This document shows positions 13,301 to 26,300 of a DNA stretch of 64,000 nucleotides, piece after piece. Numbering within the stretch: position 1 is the first letter of the stretch; every line of letters starts with the position of its first letter. Under the pieces are notes generated by a model. It made no database searches. It was not told where the DNA came from and saw only the letters and a list, made by a program, of their open reading frames with translations. Made by a program: the position numbers and the translations under genes. Origin of the DNA: Ramazzottius varieornatus (Eukaryota; Animalia; Tardigrada); the NCBI GenBank assembly GCA_001949185.1, contig BDGG01000002.1, forward strand, positions 3,407,826 through 3,471,825. Reading direction: 5' to 3'.

Positions 13301-14419
13301 TCTTCGTGCCAGACTCATGGCTTATCGTCGATCAGTGTAAATACCCTTTGCATCTTCTTCCTATCTGATTTTATGCTGAATTTTATTCTTTTATAATACA
13401 GGAAGTTTTCCGTGTTTGGAAATGGAAGTTGTCATCAGCTTTGCACGAAAAACGGGGCCGTTATCCGCTTGAAAGTCAGTAAGTTGCAAACTTGCAGTTT
13501 CCAAATTACCCGTTTCGGTGATAGAGTCGTGTAGTGACGTCACGGAGATGCGCATAGATTGTCGTGCAGGCCGGTAGGTTATTGCGTGGCGCCATTACGT
13601 CATGCGTTGGCTGTTGTAAACAAGGAGCCCCATACTTCAGTACCCTGTAACCCTGTTAACCCTTTGCGTCCGCGCATGACGTAATCACTTGTACCGTTCA
13701 AATCTTGATTTCATGTGGGAAAAATGCCGACCGCTGTGACGTCTTGGAGGGATCCGTGAATGTTATCGGTTTAAAAACCGACAGACTGTATCGTGTATTT
13801 CGACTTCGATTGTACAGTCTGCCTTGTCTACCACTTCCGAGTTCCGAGCATGTTGTAAGCCCAGCGGGTGAACAGAGATAACATTCATATGTGATACCGA
13901 GACAGTCAAAACTCGAAACTTGTCTACCGCCTCACAGAACGGCGCAACTTTACATTTATGTGTTTTCCTTCTGTTCTGCAGGGAGGCGCAGATGAGCCTT
14001 TAAGAACTTTATGGTGATGTTGGAAGATTAAGGCGCGTGTTGGATATTGCCTTCGCTCTACTTCTGGCTAGTTATCAACATTTACGTCCGTACTAGTGAA
14101 CGACATCTGGAAGAACCCTTTCGGTAAAGATACAACACGTATAACTGTACCGTATCGTGGAAATGTTTGAAGGAGCTAATTTGAGACTGTCGCTGCTGTC
14201 AGGCAGTGTTGACTTAACCACCTCACTATGAACATGGCTCGTGCGTTGTTTGCCATAATATCTACTTGCCGGCTACATTCCAGCCATCTGTGATCATTTT
14301 ACTCTTTAAAGTATCAGATTTGGCGCTGCCATTCTAAGCTCTGTTTTTCCTACGGACTACCGAGGGGCACTTCTCGGATTACATGATAGTGAAGCCAATC
14401 TCATGCCTACCAATGATCC

Positions 14420-17400
14420 ATGGCAGCGTTGACAAACTCCGCATCTACCAGCCTGGTCCACTCTACCTCCGTCTCTTCCTTGTCCAATTTGGAGATACGG
14501 ACCAAATCGGTGGAACAAACACTGATACCTCTAGTCAGCCAAGTAAGTCTTTCCTCGAATTTCCCGAAGGTACGTGCCTTCATGTTCCATTTCGGAACCG
14601 TATTTCCTGCTTAAGTCCATGTGGAAGGCTAGAAAGCGATGTCCTCGCGGCAACGTAATGTTAGCTCAATTAGGCTGCGTGAATGATTGACACAAAGCGA
14701 GCCTATGTGTTTTTCAAATTTGAGAAATAGAACGGAGGGCTGTCTAACGCAAATATGGTTGAGAGTGTTGGTTATCTCACCTAGGCTCTTCAGTTTTCAC
14801 TACCACATACGGGAGTGGTATTTGACATTTTTATGAATTACGCTATGACTGATGACGCTCATTATTATTCTTCGATCTTATCGCAATTTCCCTTGACGCT
14901 TCCTCAGTGTATTATGCTCCGGCGCGAGTGTTTACCAGTACCCGCAAGAAAAACGTTCAAAATGGGAAAAAATTATGGTGCAGTGAACCCTACCAACACA
15001 ACAGCCAGTCAGCAGGACTCGGGAACGAGTGCTCTTGTGGGGCCGGTCTACGAGGAAAGATTGGATTGATCTCAGTACCTTAATGGAAACATCAATCCTC
15101 GAACTCGTAAACTGGCTCAGCTTAGCGTTTCCGAAGCTCACTCAGGAGGCTTTGCATGCAGTGAGATTGAGCGTACTCTTTTAGACACCGAGAACAAAAG
15201 GGACGCCACCGGCGGAAATCATTTCAAAAAAACTGACGCTATAAAGCAGTGGAAGAAAAGGGTTCTCTTTTGTATTGCCGCAAGAGAATATTCGGTCATG
15301 CGACGTAGAGAGCATTTTATGCACTTGAGAATTCATATCGAATGCTGCTGTTCTGTACTTGCAGATATCGGCATTGATCAGCCATCGAGAACGGTTGGTC
15401 AAGAGTGAGCGCATTTCATTAGCCTTGTCGAGAGTTGGTCAAGATGTCTGTGAAGCCGTCCAAAAGTTTGTCCATATCGGCGAGAATATCGCCAGCGACA
15501 ATGTGGAAATTAAACAGCATATGTATGAAGCGTGCCGAGAAGCGCGCGAAGCCGGTAAGTGCCTGATTATTGCCTACCAAAAAGTACACTGAAATTACCC
15601 GCCATAAAAATTCCTGAAGCTTCCAAAAAATATTGTAATTTTATTATCGACATTTTTAAGAACGTACTAGTGATGGACAAGCCATCAGAGCAAATAGCTT
15701 TGGAAAATCCATCGATGTTTACCAAGACAGCGAAGGTCTCGGGTTCACCATCATGAAGTGCGAGCGGCTGATGGAATAATTACACGCTGCGACGTGACTT
15801 TAGCGTGGGCGGAAATCTACAGGCTCCTTTCACAACACGAGAGATTGTGAAGACATTTGGAATCATGTCATGAATGATGTTTGTGTAGGTGTCTTGCTTG
15901 CCCAGATTGTGGGTATCAAGGCGGATGCGCTGCCCGGCCAGCACATCATCGAGGAGCGGAAGCTCCTTCGCGCCGCGCGTGGACTGCTGTCTTCCGTGAC
16001 CAAAGTTTTGCTGCTGGCTGATAAGGTTCTTGTGATACAAATTCTTCGGGCCAAAGATGCGGTAGGTCTTTTCCGTACAATGTAAACCAGCCTCATGTGG
16101 CGGACGGATGAAGGCTAGACGAGACTAGCGTCTAATGGTGTGGAATGGATGGATGTGTATTTTTAGGTGCGGCAGACGTTGCGGGCTTTGGTCCACGTGT
16201 CAAACATTTCGGATTTCGTCAAGCTCTTTAGCCGCTACGGAAGTGCCATGGTGGATTTGGCCCGCTTATCCGGAGAGAGGCTGCAAGATTTGAAGGATGA
16301 TAAAAGAAAAGCTCAACTGGCCTCGGCAAGGCAGGTCCTGGAAAAATCGACCATGATGCTTCTAACATCGTCCAAAGTAAGCCCTGTTTTTCTCAACTAC
16401 GGCAATCGGTAATCGGTAAATTCACTGTTCGGGTTTTAGTACTGGCCAGTTAATGACGAAAACTTCCACCCGCCGTACTAGATCTGCCCTTTTTCTAGTT
16501 TGATTACGAGAAGATTGTTCCAATTCTAGTGATAATGAACCACATATTCACGTCAGTTTTCGTGTTGTTCTCATAGATTTTAAGCAGGTTGGTTGTTGGC
16601 AAACTTTTTCTTGAAAACAGGACTGTTCAGGAATGTTAGGACTTGGATATATCTTGAAATGTGGATGATAGCTTGTCAGACGCGATGTTATTGTACTATT
16701 ATTTTCGCACAAACGCCTGTCAGAGGGCATTTCACTTTTGAGTATTGATCGTTGAGCAATATGGCAGAATAATTACGGATCGGCAGGAGATAACAACCTG
16801 TTTACCCTTCTCTTCTTGCAGGCCAGCCTCCGGCATCCGGAAAGTCAAGAAGCCCGTCTGAACCGCGATCTGGTCTATGCCAGGGTGAACGAAGCCCTCA
16901 ACCTGCTCAGCTACGCCATTACCGATGGCGAGACCTACATGACCGACCCGGAAATGCGCAACCCTACCACCGGATTTCAGGGCGGCTACATCCCTTCCGT
17001 GGAGAAACACACGGCCATCAGCGTGGTCCTTCAACGAATCGGGGTACACGACGCACTGTTGCACTTTTCGTGGTAAAATAACCGTGAGAAATGGACAAAA
17101 ATATCGCTGGAGGAAAACAGTTCAAATGAGGAGCTTAATTAACAGACAAGAGACCGTTTGACCGTCGCTTAGCTGCTGAACATCCTGTGCGGACATTTTT
17201 GCTTGATTGGTTCCGCGCTTAGAAAGGTGTTTTTTTCGAAATGATATGGGGTATTGCAAATGCAAGTGGAAGATCACGGGGCGGCACCCCAACGGGCACT
17301 GTTGCCGCCGAGGGAGGCTAAAAGGGAAGAAAACGGGAGCTGGGATGATGGCAGCGCGTATCCCAAGTTCCCAACCATTGAAATACTCCCTGTGACTCCG

Positions 17401-20400
17401 AATGCAATGCTATAGCCATATCTCCTTCTTTTGTGACCCACTTTCGCTTCTCCCCAGTCACATTCCATTCACAAGCTTATCTCCACTAATGTTGTACTTT
17501 GCCCTTCACGGGCAAAGTTCAGCAGAGGGGTTCAAACGCAAACTTACGAACACAACCAGCTCCGCAACGACAGCTCGTGCCCAAAAATACCATGTTAGAC
17601 TACCTGAAGTGGTTTGACCTGAGGTAACATGGGGTATCAAGTCGCATGCAAGGTTTATTAGTAAGCTCTACGAGCATTACGTAATAGCCTGACACTGTAT
17701 CGGCGGCAACAATATCGAGGAGGGATACTGGAACTTGGAAGGGTTACCAGTACTGCGGTTTGACTGGGGGTGAAAAGCCCATAAGGAGTCGATGGGGCGG
17801 CTCTGCTTGAACGCTCGATTGCACCTCTATCTTGAATCTTTGATGGCTGTTCCAAAGAAAGTGATCACTTCTGTAATGGGTGTATTTGCTTTGCCTTTCA
17901 GGATACGCTTGAAATGATAAAAATGAACCTAATCACCTCCGAAGCCTTTGACATATTGAAGAGGGACTTTCAGTATTTTGAAGAAGCGCTAACCGACTTC
18001 ATCGATTCATCGGAGATCCCGCATGACCAACGCCAGCGTATCATCCAGTTCTCTCAATTGCTCAAGGACCAGGTGCAAAGCTATCCCGTACTGGTGCGTA
18101 CCATTGACCCCGAATATTCAACGTTCGTTCGAGCCTGACCGAATGGAGCTTAAACGTAGCTTGAAATTAAATCTGCAGAAAAACAGTCAATCAACAACTC
18201 AAAACATTTCGACTTTCGGTTCGGACAGAACACGCTGGTTTTCACAGGGATTGGATAACGGACCATTCGCCAACAGCAACCTTGACTCGTCCTTATCAAA
18301 GTCGCAGCATCTCGCGAAGAACTTGAAGAAAGAGGTTCGTTGGCATCCTACGTTGAAACTCTTTCATCCCTTTATGTCTGCACGTCTGTCTGCACCCAAG
18401 CATTCCCACATGTCTGCCTCCCGCGCGCAGTGCTGACAGATGTTCTGATTGCAGTTGACGACCATTGCTGTCCGCATTGCCACAGACTTGCTCAAAAGCT
18501 ACAACGAGGCCGAATCCACGGCCCGCATTGCCGAAGCCGCCATGAGTGGCAACAGAGAACTACTCGACATGGAGAGCAAAATGTTCGCCACGAACGCGGG
18601 ACGCCTCCTCGAGGTCCGTAACATATAAGACGATGGAAAACGACTTCAACATGATCGTTTTTCAAAGTGCTGCAGCCTCTAAGTGTTCAACGCTAAAAGC
18701 GCGTGCCACTTGAGACCGCAATTTGGTCGAGCTCAAAGATAATCGCTTTCCCAAGTGACGAACAGTTCCAGCTGACTACAATGGAAATGGGCGCCAGTTG
18801 AGATAACGAACGTGCACAATTCATTTATCGACGCCCAATACTATGGCTCTGCTCATTCAACAGCTCAAGTGAGCACGAAGGTTTTTATTTCGTTGTAGGT
18901 TAGTCGAATGTTGAAGCACATTAGCTGTACGCCAACAATGCTGATCCAGGCGGATCGATTAGAAACCAGCCTGTCGTCGCTCGGTCGCCAGGTTAGTCCA
19001 CCAGAATCTTCTTTTCACTTGTGACGAATCTTCACTGGTGTTGACAGTTAGAAGAGTATCCGGAAAGAGAATGCGGAGAAGGTGTCAATATTGACGAGGC
19101 CGCCGATGGCGGTTCGCGCTGTTGACAGAAATCATTTCGTTTACAGCATAACCACGGGTGTCTTTTCTCGCTGCCTTACAGTGCATATTTGCTGCTCAAA
19201 CTTTGGTCCACCGGGTGGGTAGTCGAACTGCCAAGGAAAACATGGATGTCTTTCTGGATGCCTGGAAGGCGTTGATCAGGGACGTGCTTACTCTGACGAC
19301 GCAATGTGGGGCCATGTTGAAAGAACCGAAAGCTGTACGGATGGGATACATGTCTCTTCCAAGACCCGGGGTAGGCAAAAGCTGTAATTTATGTGGGACA
19401 TTGGCAAATGACTTGAGCCTAAGCGTTTTCCCCTGCTCAGTTTGGCAGATAGTGGCAGGAAGGTTTTGCATAGCTGAAGCATGAAACCACAGTCAAGATA
19501 ACTTAGAGCTGTGGAAAAAAAGCAAATCATCTCTTTTGCCAGTTAGCCAAAGCCTGGAGGCATGTTGTGCAGATCGAAACTCTCTTTAGATTACTTGATG
19601 ATTTAGAATGTACAATCCGCGTGAAGGCTGTACTGAGTTTTTTACGGTTCTGTTATGATAGTATGGTGGTTGACTGCACAGGAAGCACGTTTCACCGTAG
19701 CTGAGTAACACGCTATTCGTATTTGTTTCGTGAATGTTAGGAAGACAGCAAATCAACAACTAAGATTGTCTTTATTTACTAGAAACATGGCGCCACAGCC
19801 AAGCCCATCCGTACCCTCCCTTCCGACTTCGGCACTCAGGAGCAAGCTCGGCTCGTCAAGTCCGGCTTGGAAATGCAGATGATTTCCTCCGAGATGGACT
19901 CGGAAACGGAAAAGTGGGACGAAGCTAGCAACGACATTGTCAAACGTGCCAAGAACATGTCCAGCATGGCATACACCATGTATCTGTTCACCAAGGGCGA
20001 AGGCTCCCTCAAAACCACCCAAGACCTCTTTACCCAAGCTGAGTTCTTCACCGAAGAAGCCAACCGGTTGTGTCGCGCCATCAGGGAATTTTCTAACCAA
20101 GTGCCACAGGGACTGCAGAAGGTCGAACTGGTTAGTTCGCTGGATAAGATACCGGCATTGATACAGCAACTGTCGCTGACCATCAAGAACCCGACTGTCG
20201 GAAAGAGTGCGACGTTCAACAAAGTGGAGAATGTGATACAGCAGACGAAAGACCTGATGAACTCAATTGCCAAAGTCGTGACTACCTGCTTCATTTGCGC
20301 CACAAAGGTAACCGTAATAGTTTAGAATTTGAAAATAGCCCAAGACTAGACTGCATAGTTGGCACTGCAAAGGTGAGCTCACGGGGAAAATATCATAGAA

Positions 20401-20757
20401 AAAAAACGTGAACTTTTGCAACTTTGCAACTTCCGTTTAGAGTTTATCTTGAGGCTGTTCGGGGCGTGACTGACGTTAAATTCAGAATTGTTGGATGACA
20501 TTGTTTTTCTTTTGCAGTATGATCTGGACTACCGAAGGCTCAACGGATATTCGTCAATGTCGCAGGTGAGGTGGCGGACCTCTTCGTCTCTGCACGCGGA
20601 TCCTTCCGGCATGACGGGCAGTCTAAAAGGGCGTCTACCGGATGACTCTGAATCGGTCCATTCTTTCAAGAGTACCAGATCGGAAGCTGCAGCCACTTCT
20701 GCGAGGAGTACCGCTCACTTGAGTAATATGACGCGGCCGGAAACTCAGAAGTACTGA
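14420..20757 (+). CDS. CTNNAL1: Alpha-catulin (vinculin/alpha-catenin family), about 12 coding exons
   Basis: GT-AG exons at approx. 14420-14542, 15365-15555, 15889-16061, 16167-16377, 16822-17043, 17902-18093, 18249-18335, 18455-18613, 18899-18991, 19182-19370, 19783-20307 and 20518-20757. Motifs include LEIRTKSVEQTLIPLVSQ, LLRAARGLLSSVTKVLLLAD, LEKSTMMLLTSSK, YMSLPRPG and NDIVKRAKNMSSMAYTMYLFTKGEGSLKTTQDLFTQAEFF. Confidence 0.92.
18645..18815. repeat. Two adjacent degenerate family-A palindromes in an alpha-catulin intron
   Basis: ...GCGTGCCACTTGAGA is followed by CCAAGTGACGAAC...GGGCGCCAGTTGAGA. Confidence 0.6.
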
Positions 20758-22896
20758 TCTGATCTCAGACGATGTGTAGTGCATTTTTGCAAAGCTCTAT
20801 ATTTTGTGTTTGTTACATATGCATCTAGTTTCTAGTGGTGCCTTCTCAACTCCATTTTCGTCGAGTCCATCCCAGACTTAGAAACTGTTGAGAATAATAT
20901 CACGTGATGATGACAGTCAACCGCGAACAGCGGTTCTTACCTCCCTCGTCAGCGGCCAACTATCTTGTGCGTCAACTACAGCTCCTTTCGGGAGTCTGAA
21001 ACTGATTTTCTCCGGAAGGCGTCCATTTTAGATAGGTTCAATATCAATTTCAGAAATATCACTTTCTTGACTTGACCAGTTTGGTGGTCACTTGACGGTA
21101 GGTGGTAGTCACTTGGCCCGTTCGGGCTGTAGCTCATTTCAATTTTCGGACAAGAGCATTTTCAGACTTCCGATATGAAGTGTAATCGACGCATTACCTT
21201 CAGGCATGTCCCTGAGATCATTAAGGTTACACCGCCAATGTTTTTCGACCACGTTGGAGTCCCAACCGGAAGTAAGAGCGGAAAGTTCGTTGAAAAGCAG
21301 AGGGGAGTATAACTCGGGCTTTTGTGTCACAGCTGGAATATGCGTTCGCTTTGAATTCGAATTCGGCGGACTCCAACGTTCGGTAACGGTGGCTAGCGCG
21401 GGTGGTCTTAGTGTCGCGCGTATCCATATTTTACTGTTGAGTTCCAATAGTGGCTACGTTGACTGGACTGCGTGAAGAAAGTCGCTAAATTTGGCAAGCG
21501 AAATGCATCGTACAAATGTGCCTATCGTTTGGACGCGTAGCGAGACTGTAGTTCAGGGATTGTATTCTCTTACAATAAGCATAAGGAACAAATGAATCTT
21601 GAAGAGCAGTCTGTGAACCCGGAAGTTAGCTGGGCAGAGCCTCATCTGCGTGCCAAAAACAATTTAATAATTTGTACGTCATTGTAACTTACGGTATGAC
21701 ACTTGCCGTGGGTATTCAGGTGCAGAACGTACATGCGGACGATCCTTCGATTTTATCCATTCTTTGTTCTAAACTTGGTCGAGGATTACTAAAACAGACC
21801 TCCACTCGAAGCAATTGTCTGCGATATTACGTTATCTGACACCTTGAAGTTGGCTCTCGTTAGATCTGTGCTCCGAGTACTGAGCGTGTTCTGCTGCTGT
21901 AAGGTATTTTAATTGTGAGGTAACTTCCGAAGACTATATGCAACTGTTGTTCCTACAGTTCGTGCCGCGGATCAGAACTCCCATATTTTACTTTCGGGAC
22001 GTTAAGAAACTGCTCAACCGGATCCAGGGGTGTAGGGCTCATCGGAAAGGCTTACGCTCGTTCTTCGTCCTCGAAAAGATGGCTTCTGGTTCCAGATTTC
22101 TCGACACTAACGACGGACATTCTCTCTTGATGTACAGCTCACCGGACATCTTCAAGCATCTCAACGTGTTCAGAATCGAAAATTTCGTCTTGCCCATCAA
22201 CATTCGGGACTGTGGGTATATGTTGACCAAGCGGGAAAAAGCTGTCTGGGTCGCAGAGTTTGTTACATGAGGGGATATGGAACTGGTGTTTAACCAGAAG
22301 CCGTTGGCGGTGTGTACCCAGAACGTTTGCTTGAAACTCAGACTTTGTCCAGGTTCGACAAGACTAGCACGTAGCCCGTTATACTGACGTGGCAATCTTT
22401 GTACTGTAGGTCTTCGAGGAGCACAGCGTACTGCTATTACACCCTGACAAATATTCAACGTTTGAAATGTCACGAAAGTGGCACTTGATCCGACAAGACC
22501 TTCAGCTGGGCATCTATATTCTTAGTTTAACGTACATTACCGCGCTGCAGTCTCCGCAAATTTGTGTTGCTGTTTTGAGAACAAAATACTTGAGTTTACA
22601 GGAGTGGAATGGAACAACAGCCAGAAACCAATGTTTTGTAGCATTTGCCAACCATATATAACGAACTGCTGGAAAGTTTCAGGCCAGTGTACAGCTCCAG
22701 ATAACCGCTGGAATGTGTCACGCGGCGCAGGTACAGTGTACCGTGGATATGTGTACTCGTACACTACATCCTATATTGCCGTCTCAACTGATTTACTTCC
22801 AAATATCTGGCTGGAAAGTTGTAACATCGGTTTAGAAATATGGGGGTTTCGTTGATGATACCTTCTTTTACTCCGGTAGCCAAGGCGCACTAGAGA

Positions 22897-23050
22897 TGCA
22901 AGGGCGTATAAAGGTCCGCAATTTGGCTCTTCTTCTACGATGTCGCCTGTCAGGCTCGTGCCTGGCACACTCCGGACTGACATTCCATGAAGACTTCGTA
23001 GAAAAAGGGCCAAATTGCGGACCTTTCGGGGACATCAATACGCCCTTGCA
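22897..23050. mobile_element. MITE (family B)
   Basis: TIRs AAAGGTCCGCAATTTGGCTCTTCTTCTACGA / TCGTAGAAAAAGGGCCAAATTGCGGACCTTT, flanked by inverted TGCAAGGGCGTAT/ATACGCCCTTGCA. A second copy lies at 36393-36516. Confidence 0.75.
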
Positions 23051-23362
23051 GGGATGAGACCTGGCGGACCACCATACCCACAGGGGTAACAGGAAACCGA
23101 TCAGGTTTTGCCGAAGAAATTTACTTCAGAAACTCAAGATCGTCTTTCTGGCGAAAAGCTTCCATTATTCTTTATATTTCATGATCTCTTTCTTCCAGGA
23201 AACCGAACAGAGCATCGTCCGCAGCCGGAAGAGGTCACTACATTACACCGAGTCAGGTCCTCATCAAAAAATCACCCGTCTTGCATAATAATCTCTCTTG
23301 TACACAAGTCCGCGAAAGAGAAAAGAAAGGGAAACGAGAAGAAAAAAAGGACACAAAATGCC

Positions 23363-26300
23363 TTATTCGTAATGATAATCAAAATCGGCTCGGTTGGTCC
23401 GGCTGGGCTGCGCAGGCCGCCTTGCTGACAGTGGCGAGCCAGCACCGCCCGGTTCCGGTGGCAATCTCCGACCCATTGGAGGCCGTGCCAGCACGATCTC
23501 CGGCTGGTCTTCGTCCATGGGAGGCTTTGGTAGAATTCTCCCTCCTCTTTCCCCACTCTGTTTCTCTGGAAGGCTAGACTGTCGGTTACCCTCAAAATTC
23601 CCTCTAGAAGGCTTCTCAGGAAAACCTGGATAGTTGCCACCGGGAGAAGGCGTCAGTCCGCCCGGTCTGGGAGTCAAGGCACCGCCTTCTTCGTCGGCGG
23701 ACCGCGAGAACCCTCCAGGTTGGAGACTGTTGGTGTTGTTGCTTTTGGCCGTGACGGAGTTGGCGTGAGGTCGACGATCGGAAGGCGAACGACGGAAGAC
23801 TGAGCGTCGGTTCTCGCCAGGAAGGACACCGTCGCGAGCGCGGGCCTCGCGGGAAGCCAGTGTCCGTGGTTGACGGGGTGTGTGAACGACAGGCTCGGGC
23901 ACAGGCTCGACTACAGGTGGATGTGTGGCCTCCCAGTAGGACTCTAGGTAGACTTGGAGGTGGCCACAGGCATCTTCCAGCTGGTTCTCGTCCAGGCTGA
24001 GGTCGAACATCTCTGGTGGACACTGGGCCAGCTTCTCGGCAGCCACCATCTGGACATTGAGGTTGCGAGCTTGGGCTTTGCCTCTGGACTTGACCAGCCT
24101 TTGAAGGACCTGAAAAGTGTTCGTTGGTGGTCGTTCAATTCGGTGGTGGAAAGTGTTCATCGGTTCGTGTGTGGAATTCGAACTTACCTTTGGCGATGCG
24201 ACTTTGAGGTATACGGTTATGGGTGCAAGAGAGGTTTTCAGGAGTTGCGAAGGATGGTTAATTGTATCACAGTCAAGTACCACAAGCTGCATCGAGCGGC
24301 AGAGCTCAAAGATGCGTTCAATTTCCGCCGACACTTCGTCTGCAAACTCGAAACATTAAACACTGGACCACTTCAGGAGCAAAACCAGAAGGCTTGCCAG
24401 CCCCAAAACATCTTTGGAAAGTAAATCTGGTAAGAGGGAGCTACGCAAACAAACTCGGCAACATCGTATAAGTGACGCACACTCCCAGCCAGAGGCACAG
24501 AGAACGTGCGCCACTTGAAAAAACCAAACTCGGCACGTCGTCTTTTCCAAGTGGTATATGGTTTCGGCCACTTAACACTACGACGTGCGCCACTTGGAAA
24601 TAAAATTTGGTTGAGTTCGCTTGCCGAGTTACCAATTGACTCAGATCAGGCAGCTGTCAAAGGGATGGGGAAAAGAAATATTTCAAGAGTCAAAAACGCT
24701 TTTGGGTTTGGCAAACGTACCCAGACAGACGGATCGGCTGATACTTCTTTCAATGAGCGCCCTTTTGGAGGGATTATTCATCAGAGAACGTTTGGCCAAG
24801 GAGATGTCAGCCGTGACTCTGGTGATGATGACCCTGCAAAGACAAAAGTGGGAATTATGGCCATGGCTCTATAAATAAGGTAGGCCGGGAGGACTTTATT
24901 TGGCTGTCAAGCCAAAAATAACAGATTGGATGTGGATCTAGCAGACAAAATTAGCTAATTCACCTAATTGAGCACAGTATGAGTAGAGAGCTTTCTCACA
25001 CGCTGCGCCGGCTCAAGTTAACGCCAACAAGTTAAGTACACAAAAGAGGGACCGGAAATAACGTGACAGAAGAACTAAAGAAGGCATCATCAATGTTAAC
25101 GTTTGCTCGGTGTACTCACCTCCCCTCAAAATGATGCTTTAGGTAGTCGAAAATAGCCTTCTGCATCATGTCGGTGACTTCGTAACCTTTGAGCGAGGGC
25201 CCGATAAGAACCACTGGCCGCATCGTAGGCACAACATCGTAAGGCGCAACTGTTTCAGGCTGCAAAAAGAGAAAACCCACCATGGTTAATCTACACTGCC
25301 AAATACGTAAAAACTACTTGGGACGTCGTCAAACGAATCCACCCGCTTCGTTTGCCCAATTCGTGCACCCACTCAGCAAGTAACAATGATAACGTGTGCC
25401 ACTCTAGATGACGATCTGGGTGAAATCATTTCCCGGCGTCCCATTTCATCTTTTTCCGGAATGTGCTCTTCCAGGCTTTTCCTACCGAGGTTTTGCTGTG
25501 TTCAAAATGAATATTGTGGGATCGATAGCGAAAAGGGTCGCCGAAGTTTCGGAATTTCCCATGTGTTATCTTGTCGGAGAGTAAAAATAATACGAGGCGG
25601 CACTTGACAAATCGATCGCTTGACTGGACCAGACTTTTTTTATCTCGTCGTACTTTATACTTCTCCCAAGAGCCGCTGATTCAAGCAGACTAGACTCTCG
25701 TGCACTGTCACAAGTAGTGAACGATTTAGAGGGTGATCTCGAAAAGGAAGGAACAGGTCCATCAGCTACCGAAGTACATCAGCTGCCTAACGACACTCCT
25801 TTTCGTTCCCCAAGAATCTCTTTAAAACTGAAAAAATTTGATTCTGCGACCTCACGAGTTACGGACTTACTTTCTTGAAAAAAGGCTTCTTCTTTTCCTT
25901 CAAGGGCGGCGTGGCAGTGCTACTTTTCCCGGACCGGCCGACACTATCACTATCGTCGCCCACCGTCCCACTATCACCGTTATCGAGATCAAGACCTGTC
26001 AAAGGTAAACAGGGAATCAATATAAAAGTTCCAGCAGGAAATACCATTGTTAGAGCTTTGAAAGGGAAGAAAGTGTGCGTTACTTTGTATACCGGGTGTG
26101 GGCGGCGTCGATCCTCTCGAGGTATTCCCTCCGAAGGCACCAAGGTTAGGAACTGAGCTGGACTTGTTGTTACGGATAGCGGCTGGCGTGGCTTGTAATC
26201 GGAGATTCTCCAATTTCAGCGGGCTAGGGATGAAGCCCACATCCTGGCCTTCCTTCACCAGCCGCCCTATCCACCAGTCATTGTTATATTTCTACAACAC

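Noticed and set aside
21139-22855. ORFs between alpha-catulin and CACNB as a gene or transposase
   Set aside because: They are fragmentary with no diagnostic motif I can identify.
23281-24424. Long antisense ORFs over CACNB (and likewise over the PstS-like and USP genes)
   Set aside because: They are shadow ORFs of GC-rich coding exons on the opposite strand.
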